Of a stretch of 64,000 nucleotides of DNA, positions 39,055 through 49,001 are shown piece after piece; within the stretch, counting starts at the first letter, position 1; each line of letters starts with the position of its first letter. The stretch comes from Flavobacteriales bacterium (GTDB lineage: Bacteria > Bacteroidota > Bacteroidia > UBA4408): assembly GCA_040374085.1 (NCBI GenBank), contig JBEIVB010000003.1, forward strand, positions 2,868 through 66,867. The letters run 5' to 3'. A program made the translations under genes and the position numbers. The notes under the pieces were generated by a model. The model was not told the DNA's origin, did not search any database, and saw only the letters and a program-made list of their open reading frames with translations.

Positions 39055-41292
39055 ATGCAAAAAATAGGGTTGGCCTTTCTCTTTCTGCTCCACGCTGCTG
39101 GCGTATGGGCCCAGGATCAGCAACCAACACCCGAGGGCATTCGCAGGCAGCTGCACATACGAAAAGCAAGCGCCAGCATACGCATAGACGGCATCCCCGA
39201 CGAAGCCGCATGGGCCGATGCCAGTGCAGCAGAAGGCTTTTACAACAACTTTCCCGACGATACCTCTAAAGCTAAATCCCAAACCGAGGTGAGGGTGGCC
39301 TACGACGATCATCACCTCTACGTTATGGCTAAATGCTTCGACAATTTGCCGGGCAACTACGTCATACAAAGCCTTCGGCGCGACTTCTCCTACCCCATCA
39401 GCGATGCCTTCTCGGTGGTGCTCGACCCCTTCAACGATCACCTCAACGGTTTTAGTTTTGGTGTAAATCCGTTCGGAGCGCAACGCGAGGGCCTCATTGC
39501 GGTGGGCGGGGGCCAAGGCGTTTCTACCGATTGGGACAACCTATGGTATTCCGAAACCCATCGCTTCGACACCTATTGGTGTGTGGAAATGGCCATTCCT
39601 TTTCGAACCATACGCTTTAAACCCAACATCAGCCACTGGGGCATCAACTTCACGCGCAACGACCTCAAACGCAACGAAAGCTCTACTTGGTCGAGGGTTC
39701 CGCGCATCTTCAACATTGCCACCCTGGCCTTCACCGGCGAGATGACATGGGAGCAACAGCCCGAGGGCCGAGGCCCGGTCACCAGCATCATTCCATACGC
39801 TACGGCAGGCTTAAACCGCGACTACACCAAGGCAGGCAGCACCGGTCAACCCTATAATGTGGGGTTGGATGCAAAAGTGGCGGTAAGTTCGGCCCTCAAC
39901 CTCGACCTTACCGTAAACCCCGACTTTTCACAGGTAGAGGTAGACCGCCAGCAAACCAACCTCACCCGCTTCGACCTCTTCTTTCCGGAGCGCAGGAACT
40001 TCTTCATTGAAAACAGCGATCTCTTCGCGAGCTTTGGATTTCGACAGATTCGGCCTTTTTTTTCGCGCCGCATTGGGTTGGCATCGGGCAACCTGGTACC
40101 CATCATTGGCGGGTTTCGACTCAGCGGCAAACCCAACCAGCAGTGGCGCATTGGCCTGATGAACCTCCAAACGGAAGGCGGTAGGGCATGGGCACCTTTA
40201 TCGGAAAACTACACCGTTGCGGCTGCCCAACGCATCCTCTGGAAACGCTCCAACATCTCGGCCATTGTGGTAAACCGCATGCCCTTGGGCAATCGTTCCA
40301 ACCCAAGCACCTACAACACCGTGGTGGGTGCCGATTTCAATTTGGCATCGGCAGACAACAAGTGGAACGGCAAAGCCTTTTATCACCATAACCTAACCGA
40401 CCGACGCCTGTCCGATTCATACGCCCACGCCACTTGGTTGAGCCATTCGGTGCGGAACTACAGTGTAGATTGGAACCACGAGTATGTGGGCAAAAACTAC
40501 GATCCTTCGGTGGGCTTTGTTCCGCGAAACAAGCTTTATGACCCCATAGCCAACAAAACAAACCGCATATCGTATTGGCGTTTGGAACCCGGCGCTGGAT
40601 GGAACTTTTACCCCGCCAATACCCGCATCAACAACCACGGTCCCAACGTGTATGCAGATTTGTATTGGACCGGAGAGGGGCGATCTACCGACCGATTGTT
40701 GCGTGCCGGCTGGGAGTTTAACTTCCAAAACTCTGCCTACTTGGCTGTAAACGCAACCAACTACTACACCTATCTGCTCTTTCCGGCCAACCTCACGGGT
40801 AAACCCGGCGGCACCTTACCGGTTGGTGCGTATTCCTACAACAACAGCTCCATATCGTTTTCCACCAACAAAAGGAAAACGACCAACCTCACCATCAATG
40901 CCGATGCCGGCTCCTTCTTCAACGGAACCAAGTTTGGCATTGCCATTGAGGCCAACCGCCGCATTCAACCCCACAGCATTCTCTCTCTGGTGGTATTCTA
41001 CAACTATGTAACCTTAAACGGAACGGCCACACGCCTGTGGCTCATCAGCCCACGGTTTGATTTTACGTTTACCCGAAGCGTGTTCCTTACGACGTTCTTA
41101 CAATACAACACCCAGTTGAACAACTTCAACGTAAACACGCGATTGCAATGGCGATTCCGACCCATGAGCGACCTGTTTTTGGTGTACACCGATAACTTCC
41201 GCACCGGTACGGGCGATGCCCTCAGCTTCAACGGCCTTTCCATTGCCAACCGCGCCATTGTATTAAAATTCGTTTATTGGCTAAATGTCTGA
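39055..41292 (+). CDS. CBM9-like / DUF5916 outer membrane protein
   Basis: IDGIPDEAAW, TEVRVAYDD, VEMAIPF, DLTVNPDFSQVE, FPERRNFF, PFFSRRIG; TACTTTTG box at 39040-39047. Confidence 0.88.
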   Translation: MQKIGLAFLFLLHAAGVWAQDQQPTPEGIRRQLHIRKASASIRIDGIPDEAAWADASAAEGFYNNFPDDTSKAKSQTEVRVAYDDHHLYVMAKCFDNLPGNYVIQSLRRDFSYPISDAFSVVLDPFNDHLNGFSFGVNPFGAQREGLIAVGGGQGVSTDWDNLWYSETHRFDTYWCVEMAIPFRTIRFKPNISHWGINFTRNDLKRNESSTWSRVPRIFNIATLAFTGEMTWEQQPEGRGPVTSIIPYATAGLNRDYTKAGSTGQPYNVGLDAKVAVSSALNLDLTVNPDFSQVEVDRQQTNLTRFDLFFPERRNFFIENSDLFASFGFRQIRPFFSRRIGLASGNLVPIIGGFRLSGKPNQQWRIGLMNLQTEGGRAWAPLSENYTVAAAQRILWKRSNISAIVVNRMPLGNRSNPSTYNTVVGADFNLASADNKWNGKAFYHHNLTDRRLSDSYAHATWLSHSVRNYSVDWNHEYVGKNYDPSVGFVPRNKLYDPIANKTNRISYWRLEPGAGWNFYPANTRINNHGPNVYADLYWTGEGRSTDRLLRAGWEFNFQNSAYLAVNATNYYTYLLFPANLTGKPGGTLPVGAYSYNNSSISFSTNKRKTTNLTINADAGSFFNGTKFGIAIEANRRIQPHSILSLVVFYNYVTLNGTATRLWLISPRFDFTFTRSVFLTTFLQYNTQLNNFNVNTRLQWRFRPMSDLFLVYTDNFRTGTGDALSFNGLSIANRAIVLKFVYWLNV

Positions 41293-42184
41293 GCACATAC
41301 ATCTGTTAACTCCTGAGCATTGGCAAACCTATGCCCTGCTCGACGTGGGCCATTTTCACAAGCTGGAACGGTTTGGAGATTTCATTACCATAAGACCGGA
41401 ACCCCAAGCGGTTTGGGATCCCGTTCAATCAATGGCTGAATGGGAGCGCCAAGCCCATTTGCGCTTCGTGCCAAAATCGAGCTCTTCCGGGGAATGGAAA
41501 AAACTAAAATCCTGCTCAGACCGGTGGATGCTGTCGTACGGCGACGGCAACACCACGCCTCGTATGCAACTGCGTTTGGCCCTCACCTCTTTTAAGCACG
41601 TGGGCGTTTTTCCCGAGCAGGCGGCCAATTGGGATCGCATCTACCGAAACCTAAAAAAAATAAAAGGACCGTCGAGATTTTTAAACCTATTTGCTTATAC
41701 CGGAGCGGCATCGCTTGCAGCCCGTGCAGCGGGTGCAGAGGTTACCCACGTAGACTCGGTAAAACAAGTGGTTACCTGGGCTCGGGAAAACATGGAGCAC
41801 AGCGGCCTCACCGACATACGATGGGTGGTGGAAGACGCCCTTAAATTTGTGAAGCGTGAAGTAAAAAGGGGAAATCGATACCACGGCATCATACTGGATC
41901 CACCGGCCTATGGCCACGGCGCCAACGGTGAAAAATGGAAACTGGAGGATCAGATTCAGGAAATGATGCGCGAGGTGGTGCAGCTCCTGAATCCCGAGCA
42001 GCATTTTATTATACTAAACGCATACAGCTTAGGATTCAGCAGCCTTATTTTGCCCAATCTGTTTCAGCACGCCCAACATTTATATCCGAGCCAAACGTTG
42101 GAAGTGGGCGAGCTCTATTTGCCCGCCCGCTCCGGTCTAACCCTGCCATTGGGAGTATGGGGCATGGGCACCCTCAACTTTTAG
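41285..42184 (+). CDS. Class I SAM-dependent methyltransferase (RlmI/RlmK-like)
   Basis: FKHVGVFPEQ, FLNLFAYTG, ILDPPAYG. Confidence 0.88.
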   Translation: MSEHIHLLTPEHWQTYALLDVGHFHKLERFGDFITIRPEPQAVWDPVQSMAEWERQAHLRFVPKSSSSGEWKKLKSCSDRWMLSYGDGNTTPRMQLRLALTSFKHVGVFPEQAANWDRIYRNLKKIKGPSRFLNLFAYTGAASLAARAAGAEVTHVDSVKQVVTWARENMEHSGLTDIRWVVEDALKFVKREVKRGNRYHGIILDPPAYGHGANGEKWKLEDQIQEMMREVVQLLNPEQHFIILNAYSLGFSSLILPNLFQHAQHLYPSQTLEVGELYLPARSGLTLPLGVWGMGTLNF

Positions 42185-44625
42185 CGAAAGGTGAGGGTAA
42201 TGCCCGCCAGAATGTGGGTGCCGGCCTGAGGATACACGAAATTCTCGCTCACCCGCTGTCCACCCGACCAATAGCCGTAGGTGTAACCATTGGGTGCATA
42301 ACGACGGTTTAATAAATTGTACACCGTTGCATGTACGGCAACCTCCGGAATCCATCGCGTACTGCGGGAATAGCCAATGCGCACATCGGTGGTATAAAAA
42401 TCGCGGAGGCTACGTTGTGTACTGCCCGTATTGTCTAGATATTGCCTTCCAACATACTTATGAAAACTGGTGAGGCGAAGACCTTTTGCAGGTTCCCAAA
42501 CCAAGCTGCCGGCGCCAACCAAGTCGGGAGAAAAAGCTATGGGCGTTTGGCTGTGTACAATGGCTTTCTGCCCACCGGCATCGTAATCGTCGAGGTATTC
42601 GGTAAACGAAATCACCCGATTACGGCTGAGGGTAACGTTGCCCTCGAGCGTAATCGTGGAATGCACCCGCCAAGCCCCCTCCCATTCTATGCCAGCCCGG
42701 TAGCTGCGTGCCACGTTGGTGCGCTGATATGCGCCCACATCGTTGATTTTCCCGGTTAACACCAACTGGTTGTAATAATCCATGTAGTAGGCGGTAACGC
42801 CCATTTTCCAGGAGCCGCGGTTGACTTTCCAACACAGCTCATAATCGCGCAACACCTCGGGGCTGGGGCGGGATGCGGGAGTGGAGTTGATGAGGTCGTC
42901 GCGGGTGGGTTCGCGCATGGCCTGCCCAAAAGATGCAGTAAGCGTGCCGTGGGTACCCAGGTTGCGGGTGAGGCTGGCTTTGGGATTGAAGAAGCGGTAG
43001 TTCACCCATTGCTGACCCTGAACCCGGTCGTCGCCAAAGCCAAAAAACGAATAGCCTATGGCCCTAACCTGTGCATCCACCAGCAGCAGCCAATCCTGCG
43101 CCAGATCCACGGTGGTTTTCCAAAAGAGGTTGCCATCTGTTTTCTGCGCGCGGTTGTTGTAATAATCGCGGGTGGGCCAGCCGCCAAGGGCCAGCTCCGA
43201 CCAGATAACCCGTCCAAAATGCCGCCCATCGTAGCGGTTTAAGCCCCCGCCCCAGGTATGCTGCCACCTTCCGGATGGGCGAAGGTTTATGGAAAAAGTG
43301 GCGCCATAGAAGTGATTATCGAGCCATTTTCGGCGTATGAGGTTAGACGTGCGCAGGGTATCGGCGCCCTGCACCACATCCTGAAGGCCATACAGAGCAA
43401 GGGTTTCAGACGGGCGGTACTCCTCAAAATATCCACCCCCTTTGGTGTAATGCAGGGCTGCATGCACATCGAGCCTCCGGCTGAAGCGATGCGAAAAATG
43501 CGCCTGATAATAATCCTGACGGTATCGGTCTATTTGATTTTCATAATAAAACCCGTTGTATCGGGTGGGTCTGCTGTTGATGAGCAGACCTTTATCCATG
43601 GCGTTTAAATACCATCCGTTTCGGTCAAGGTAAGCGCGAACCCCGGCGGTGTCGTTGTTGTACTTGGCCTCCGGTACGCCGTTCCATGCCTGGTATGTAA
43701 CCTCTTGCCCGGTAAAAGCTACCAGGCGTAGGCTGCTGGAAGCGCCAAACCAGGAAGCGCAGCCGTAGGCGGCTTGCAGATTGGCCGTGGCCCTATCGAT
43801 GTAGCCGTTGCTTTGAATGCGAGAGAGGCGCCCTTCCAAGGTAAAACGGTTGCCCAGCAGGCCGGTACCAAAAGCAAGGGTGTTGCGCAAGGTGCCGAAG
43901 CTGCCTCCCGAAGCCACCACCTGAGCGTAAGGTGAAGGATTGTATTGCAGGGTTTGAAGGTTGAGGCTTCCCCCAAAAGATGCACTGCCGTTGGTAGAGG
44001 TACCCACTCCGCGCTGTATCTCTATGCTTTGAGCCGAGCTGGCCAGATCGGGTATGTTCACAAAGAAGGTGGTGTGCGACTCGGCATCGTTCACCGGTAT
44101 GCCATTTATGGTGGTGTTGAGGCGGGTGGGGTCGGTGCCCCTTATGCGGAGCCAAGTGTAGCCAATGCCCGCCCCTGCATCGGAATAGGTAACCACCGAT
44201 GGGGTCTGGCTCAGCAGCATGGGCAAATCCTGACCTAGGTTCAAGGGTACCAGTTCGAGGCGGGTGAGGGTGGTGGATCCCGATGCCACGCGCGGGTTGG
44301 CACGCGTGGCCGTAATGGTAACCTCATCAACCAAGCGGGGGGTGGGCTTGAGCTCCAGAGAAAAACCCAAAGTGCCGCATGCTATTGAGGCCCGCTCAGG
44401 AGAATAACGCATCAAAGAAGCCTCTACCAAAATGCTGTCCTGCAGACAGTTGAGCACAAATCGGCCGCCGGCATCGGAAACCGCGCTCTGGAGTCCGCTT
44501 GTTCCGCGCACCAGCACACCGGGCAAGGGCTGTCCGGTGGCCGCGTCGCGGCAATAGCCTTCAACAGATCCGGCGCGAACCGGGGCGAAAGAACACAAAA
44601 AAAAGAGGGTGAAAAATGTGCGCAT
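42181..44625 (-). CDS. TonB-dependent receptor, probable thiamine uptake
   Basis: GQDLPMLL, SDAGAGIGY, TINGIPVND, IQRGVGTS; located under a TPP riboswitch. Confidence 0.92.
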   Translation of the reverse strand: MRTFFTLFFLCSFAPVRAGSVEGYCRDAATGQPLPGVLVRGTSGLQSAVSDAGGRFVLNCLQDSILVEASLMRYSPERASIACGTLGFSLELKPTPRLVDEVTITATRANPRVASGSTTLTRLELVPLNLGQDLPMLLSQTPSVVTYSDAGAGIGYTWLRIRGTDPTRLNTTINGIPVNDAESHTTFFVNIPDLASSAQSIEIQRGVGTSTNGSASFGGSLNLQTLQYNPSPYAQVVASGGSFGTLRNTLAFGTGLLGNRFTLEGRLSRIQSNGYIDRATANLQAAYGCASWFGASSSLRLVAFTGQEVTYQAWNGVPEAKYNNDTAGVRAYLDRNGWYLNAMDKGLLINSRPTRYNGFYYENQIDRYRQDYYQAHFSHRFSRRLDVHAALHYTKGGGYFEEYRPSETLALYGLQDVVQGADTLRTSNLIRRKWLDNHFYGATFSINLRPSGRWQHTWGGGLNRYDGRHFGRVIWSELALGGWPTRDYYNNRAQKTDGNLFWKTTVDLAQDWLLLVDAQVRAIGYSFFGFGDDRVQGQQWVNYRFFNPKASLTRNLGTHGTLTASFGQAMREPTRDDLINSTPASRPSPEVLRDYELCWKVNRGSWKMGVTAYYMDYYNQLVLTGKINDVGAYQRTNVARSYRAGIEWEGAWRVHSTITLEGNVTLSRNRVISFTEYLDDYDAGGQKAIVHSQTPIAFSPDLVGAGSLVWEPAKGLRLTSFHKYVGRQYLDNTGSTQRSLRDFYTTDVRIGYSRSTRWIPEVAVHATVYNLLNRRYAPNGYTYGYWSGGQRVSENFVYPQAGTHILAGITLTFR

Positions 44626-44689
44626 ATCGGCGTGGTTTGGGTTTGGGTGCGCTACAGTGGCCCCGGGATAACCCCTGCCGATATTCTTG

Positions 44690-44770
44690 CATCCTCCCTA
44701 CGCCGGCACAATCCGGATCAGGTTCAATGGGTATGATCTCAGCCGCAGCTTGCACGGCACCCCTGTATTG
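44690..44770 (-). ncRNA. TPP riboswitch aptamer
   Basis: Minus strand GGGGUGC...GCUGAGAUCAUACCCAUUGAACCUGAUCCGGAUUGUGCCGGCGUAGGGA matches the TPP consensus; TATGTTTG box at 44776-44783. Confidence 0.95.
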
Positions 44771-44862
44771 CGGGGCAAACATAGGCACCCAAACGCAATC
44801 TTGCAAGGCAACCCGCGCGGCCGGAAAATCTGTATTTTTATGGCCTGTTTCAAGCCTCCTTC

Positions 44863-45117
44863 ATGAACCGAATCCACCTTTTGCTGCTGATTGTTGCAAC
44901 CGCCCTTTGCTTGGGCTGGGCCTGTAAGAAAGACTCCGACCGTCTGGGCTGCGTGCGCGGCAAATGAAATGGCGTGGCAGGCTCGGTGCCCATCGGCTGC
45001 ATGTCGCGCGAAGAGTTTTATCAATACCTCGATTCCCCGAATTATTATTACAATGGATCGCTGATAAATCTAGAAATAACCTGGAAAACAACTTCATCCT
45101 GCAACGACTGCGAATAA
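44863..45117 (+). pseudogene. Small Cys-rich lipoprotein with a single in-frame TGA at codon 35 (pseudogene or recoded)
   Basis: MNRIHLLLLIVATALCLGWA-CKKDSDRLGCVRGK*NGVAGSVPIGCMSREEF...[12 protein letters not shown]; TGA at 44965-44967. Confidence 0.65.
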
Positions 45118-45121
45118 ACCT

Positions 45122-46312
45122 ATGTACGGATCCATTCAAGCCCATCTGCAACGCGAACTCGAATCGATACAGGAGCAGGGGCTCTTCAAGCGCGAGCGCA
45201 TCATCACAGGTCCGCAAGGCGCAGAAATCACCGTTGATTCGGGCCAAACCGTACTCAACTTTTGCGCCAACAACTACCTCGGACTTTCCTCTCACCCAAA
45301 AGTGTTGGAAGCTGCACATGACGCTTTGCGCAGCCATGGCTTTGGCATGAGTTCGGTGCGTTTCATCTGCGGCACCCAGGACATACACAAAACCCTAGAA
45401 CAAAAAATATCGGAGTTTCTGGGAACAGAAGACACCATCTTATATGCCGCTGCGTTTGATGCCAATGGCGGTGTGTTTGAGCCTTTGTTGGGCGAGGAAG
45501 ATGCCATCATCAGCGATGAGCTCAACCACGCCTCCATCATTGACGGCGTGCGCCTGTGCAAAGCCAAGCGCTACCGGTATAAGAACAACAACATGAGCGA
45601 GTTGGAAGAGCGTCTAAAAGAAGCGCAAAGCCAACGGTTCCGTCTCATCGTAACCGACGGGGTGTTCAGCATGGACGGCTACCTGGCGAAGCTCGACGAA
45701 GTGGTTGCCCTTGCCGAGCGCTACAACGCCATGGTTATGATAGACGAATGCCATGCCACCGGCTTCATTGGAAAAACCGGAAGAGGAACCCATGAGCATC
45801 ACGGTGTGATGGGCAAGATCGACATCATCACCGGCACGCTGGGTAAAGCCTTGGGCGGCGCTATGGGAGGCTTCACCAGCGGCCGCAAGGAAATCATCGA
45901 CCTGCTGCGCCAGCGTTCGCGGCCCTACCTGTTCTCCAACTCCTTAGCCCCTGCCATTGTGGGCGCATCCATTGCCGTAATGGACATGCTGAGTGAAGCC
46001 ACCACCTTGCGCGACAAAGTGATGGACAACGCCGCCTACTTCCGTAAAGCCATGACCGATGCCGGTTTCGACATCAAGCCCGGCATACACCCCATAACAC
46101 CCGTAATGTTATACGACGCCCGCTTGGCCCAGACCTTTGCCGAGCAGCTTCTAGCCGAGGGCATCTATGTCATCGGCTTCTTCTATCCTGTGGTGCCCAA
46201 AGATCAGGCCCGCATTCGGGTGCAGGTGTCGGCCGCACATGAGCGCCACCACCTCGACCGTGCCATACACGCGTTTACCCAGGTAGGCAAGCGCTTAGGT
46301 GTGATTGCCTGA
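45122..46312 (+). CDS. kbl: Glycine C-acetyltransferase (2-amino-3-ketobutyrate CoA ligase)
   Basis: [49 protein letters not shown]. Confidence 0.98.
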   Translation: MYGSIQAHLQRELESIQEQGLFKRERIITGPQGAEITVDSGQTVLNFCANNYLGLSSHPKVLEAAHDALRSHGFGMSSVRFICGTQDIHKTLEQKISEFLGTEDTILYAAAFDANGGVFEPLLGEEDAIISDELNHASIIDGVRLCKAKRYRYKNNNMSELEERLKEAQSQRFRLIVTDGVFSMDGYLAKLDEVVALAERYNAMVMIDECHATGFIGKTGRGTHEHHGVMGKIDIITGTLGKALGGAMGGFTSGRKEIIDLLRQRSRPYLFSNSLAPAIVGASIAVMDMLSEATTLRDKVMDNAAYFRKAMTDAGFDIKPGIHPITPVMLYDARLAQTFAEQLLAEGIYVIGFFYPVVPKDQARIRVQVSAAHERHHLDRAIHAFTQVGKRLGVIA

Positions 46313-46319
46313 CCCCCAC

Positions 46320-49001
46320 ATGAACGATCGACCTCGACCCCACTTCTACCCCTTGCTCCGGCACGTGCTGCTGGTGTTCGTTGGGTGCACCTGGGTGTTG
46401 GGATGCCGCACCGGAAAACCCACAGCCCCGCTGCCTGTGGCGGCCATCTTGGTGCCCGACAGCCTGCTGAGCGATACCCTTTCCCTTACCTCGGGCCCAT
46501 TACGACCCAGCAGCAAGCGCGTAAACGACCTCCTGCATACCCGCCTCGACATTTCCTTCGACTGCACCAACCGCCGCGTGCTGGGTAAGGCTACCTTGCA
46601 GCTGAAGCCCTACTTCCTGCCCGTGTCCAGCGTGCAGCTCGATGCCGTTGGGTTCGACTGGAACGAAGTGGCCATGATCAGCGGAAACATCAAAACCAAA
46701 TTAAAATATTTGTACGATGGCAAGGTCATTACCATAGACCTTGGCCGCATGTTTCGACGCAACGAAACCTACACCCTCTACCTCGACTACCTGGCGCGAC
46801 CGGAAGAGAGTGCTCTCCCTGCCGAAGGTCCGTCCCGTGACAAGGGCCTTACCTTCATCAATCCCATGGGAAACCAGTCCGGCATGCCCCAACAGATTTG
46901 GACACAGGGAGAGCCCCAGCACAACTCCTCGTGGTTTCCCACCATCGATGCGCCCAATGAACGCATGACCCAGGAACTGGCCATTACCGTTGACAACCGC
47001 TTTGTTACCCTCAGCAACGGCTTGCTTGTATGGCAACAGCGCAACCCAGACAGCACGCGTACCGACATCTGGAAACAGAGCCTGCCCTCGCCGCCCTACC
47101 TAACCATGTTGGCAGTGGGCAACTTTTCCATAACCAAAGATGAATATAAAGGGAAAGAAGTAACCTACTACACCGATCCTACCTACGCTCCATACGCTCG
47201 AGACATATTCGGAAAAACGCCCGAAATGATGGAGTTCTTTTCCAAGAAACTGGGGGTTGAATATCCTTGGGAAAAATACGCCCAGGTGGTGGTACGAGGC
47301 TATCCCTCGGGCAGCATGGAGAACACCTCGGCCACCCTGCATGGCCAATTCATGCAGCAAACCGCGCGGGAGCTGCTGGATGAATCCAACGAAGACTTCA
47401 TCGCCCATGAGCTTGTCCACCAGTGGTTTGGCGACCTGGTAACCTGCGAAAGCTGGTCGAACCTTGCCCTCAACGAAGCATTTGCCTCCTACGGCGAATA
47501 CCTATGGCTCGAGCATCGATACGGGCGTGCAGAGGCCGATTGTCACCTTCAACGCCAGCTCCAGGGCTACCTGGTAGAGGCTCAGGAAAAGCAGGTAGAA
47601 ATCATCCGAAACCGCTTCTCCGACCCCGATGAGCTCTTTGATGCCCACAGCTATCAGAAAGGATCGAGGGTGCTGCACATGCTTCGGTATTATGTTGGGG
47701 ATGAGGCCTTTTTCGCTGCCCTTAGCACCTACCTCGAACGCCATAAATTCAGCACAGTAGAGCTTTCCGACCTGCGTAAGGCGTTTGAAGAAGTGAGCGG
47801 CGAAGACCTCAACTGGTTTTTCGAGCAGTGGTTTCTTACACCCGGCCACCCGAACCTGAAAGTGCGGTGCGAATACAACGACTCCCTTCATAAACAAAAC
47901 GTGGTGGTGGATCAGCTTCAGGACATCACCCAATCTACCCTCTTTCAAGTGCCCATAACCGTTGACTTGTATTTCAAAGGCAAGAAAGAGCGCAAAGAAA
48001 TTCTCATCACCAAAGCGCATGAAGTCTTTACCTTCGACTGCGCTGCGCGGCCCGATTGGGTAAACGTAGATGCCGAAAAAATCCTGCTGGGAACCTTAGA
48101 GGAGGTTAAACCTACACAGGAGTGGGTTACCCAATACCAACGCGGGCCATTGTTTCTCGATCGGTTGGAGGCCCTGAAAGCCTTGCGCAACCGCATGGAA
48201 AACTCGGTAGTACTGGAGATCTTTCACAAAGCCCTTTCAGACCCAAATTGGGGCATTCGCCTTTACGCCGTGGAACAGGCTCGTGAACTGTTGCGCGTAA
48301 ACGCTTCGAAGAGCAAGCCCTTTCTGTTGCGCTTGGCGCAGCGTGATGCTAAGGCCGATGTGCGGGCAGAAGCCATTGCTCAGTTAGCCCGTCACGATGG
48401 CTCAGACGATCTCGTGAATCTTTTCAAGCGCAGCCTCGAAGACTCTTCTTACCACGTAGCATCCGAAGCCCTTTTGGGCCTGTATGGATTGGATAAAAGC
48501 CTTGGTTTGGAGTTTGCACGATCCTTTGAAGCAGACAGCACCGAAAACATTGTTTCTGCCGTATCGGAGATATACTCCGGTGCAGGCGGAGAAGCGGAAC
48601 ATGCCTACTTTCTAAATCGGTTTTCACATGCCATGGGTTATGATAAGCTTCAACTTGTGAAGCTCTACTCTGCCTACTTGATGCAGCGTTCAGACACGAC
48701 CATCAACCGTGGCATACGAGTATTGGAAGAAGTCGCCCTAAACGATGAAAACTGGTACGTGAGGCTATCGGGCACCAATGCCATCAACCTTTTGCACAAC
48801 ATGTACCAGAGTCGGCATCAAGTGGCCCGAGAGCGTTTGAACCAGCTCCAAAAAACCAATCCCGGCTCGCCCCAAGTGCGCGACCTAAAGCAATCCGAAG
48901 AGCGGTCTGAGATACAGGTCACCAAGTTGGATGCGTTGATACGCAACATCAAAACAAAAGAAACCGACGCCAAGCTGCTTCAGATTTATCGGAACAACTA
49001 A
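46320..49001 (+). CDS. M1 family aminopeptidase, probable lipoprotein, with C-terminal HEAT-like repeats
   Basis: GSMEN, HELVHQWFG-(x)-LNEAFA zinc motif, YQKG; LG-C lipobox-like site. Confidence 0.93.
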   Translation: MNDRPRPHFYPLLRHVLLVFVGCTWVLGCRTGKPTAPLPVAAILVPDSLLSDTLSLTSGPLRPSSKRVNDLLHTRLDISFDCTNRRVLGKATLQLKPYFLPVSSVQLDAVGFDWNEVAMISGNIKTKLKYLYDGKVITIDLGRMFRRNETYTLYLDYLARPEESALPAEGPSRDKGLTFINPMGNQSGMPQQIWTQGEPQHNSSWFPTIDAPNERMTQELAITVDNRFVTLSNGLLVWQQRNPDSTRTDIWKQSLPSPPYLTMLAVGNFSITKDEYKGKEVTYYTDPTYAPYARDIFGKTPEMMEFFSKKLGVEYPWEKYAQVVVRGYPSGSMENTSATLHGQFMQQTARELLDESNEDFIAHELVHQWFGDLVTCESWSNLALNEAFASYGEYLWLEHRYGRAEADCHLQRQLQGYLVEAQEKQVEIIRNRFSDPDELFDAHSYQKGSRVLHMLRYYVGDEAFFAALSTYLERHKFSTVELSDLRKAFEEVSGEDLNWFFEQWFLTPGHPNLKVRCEYNDSLHKQNVVVDQLQDITQSTLFQVPITVDLYFKGKKERKEILITKAHEVFTFDCAARPDWVNVDAEKILLGTLEEVKPTQEWVTQYQRGPLFLDRLEALKALRNRMENSVVLEIFHKALSDPNWGIRLYAVEQARELLRVNASKSKPFLLRLAQRDAKADVRAEAIAQLARHDGSDDLVNLFKRSLEDSSYHVASEALLGLYGLDKSLGLEFARSFEADSTENIVSAVSEIYSGAGGEAEHAYFLNRFSHAMGYDKLQLVKLYSAYLMQRSDTTINRGIRVLEEVALNDENWYVRLSGTNAINLLHNMYQSRHQVARERLNQLQKTNPGSPQVRDLKQSEERSEIQVTKLDALIRNIKTKETDAKLLQIYRNN

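Noticed and set aside
44989-45005. CCCATCGGCTGCATGTC resembles my recollection of the E. coli fdhF post-UGA SECIS sequence
   Set aside because: It is recalled, not searched. It lies 21 nt from the UGA rather than about 5, and the loop G differs, so it is treated as coincidence pending a bSECIS search.
44964-45350. 128-aa ORF starting at the ATGA around the in-frame stop
   Set aside because: It overlaps kbl by more than 200 nt in another frame and has no recognisable features.
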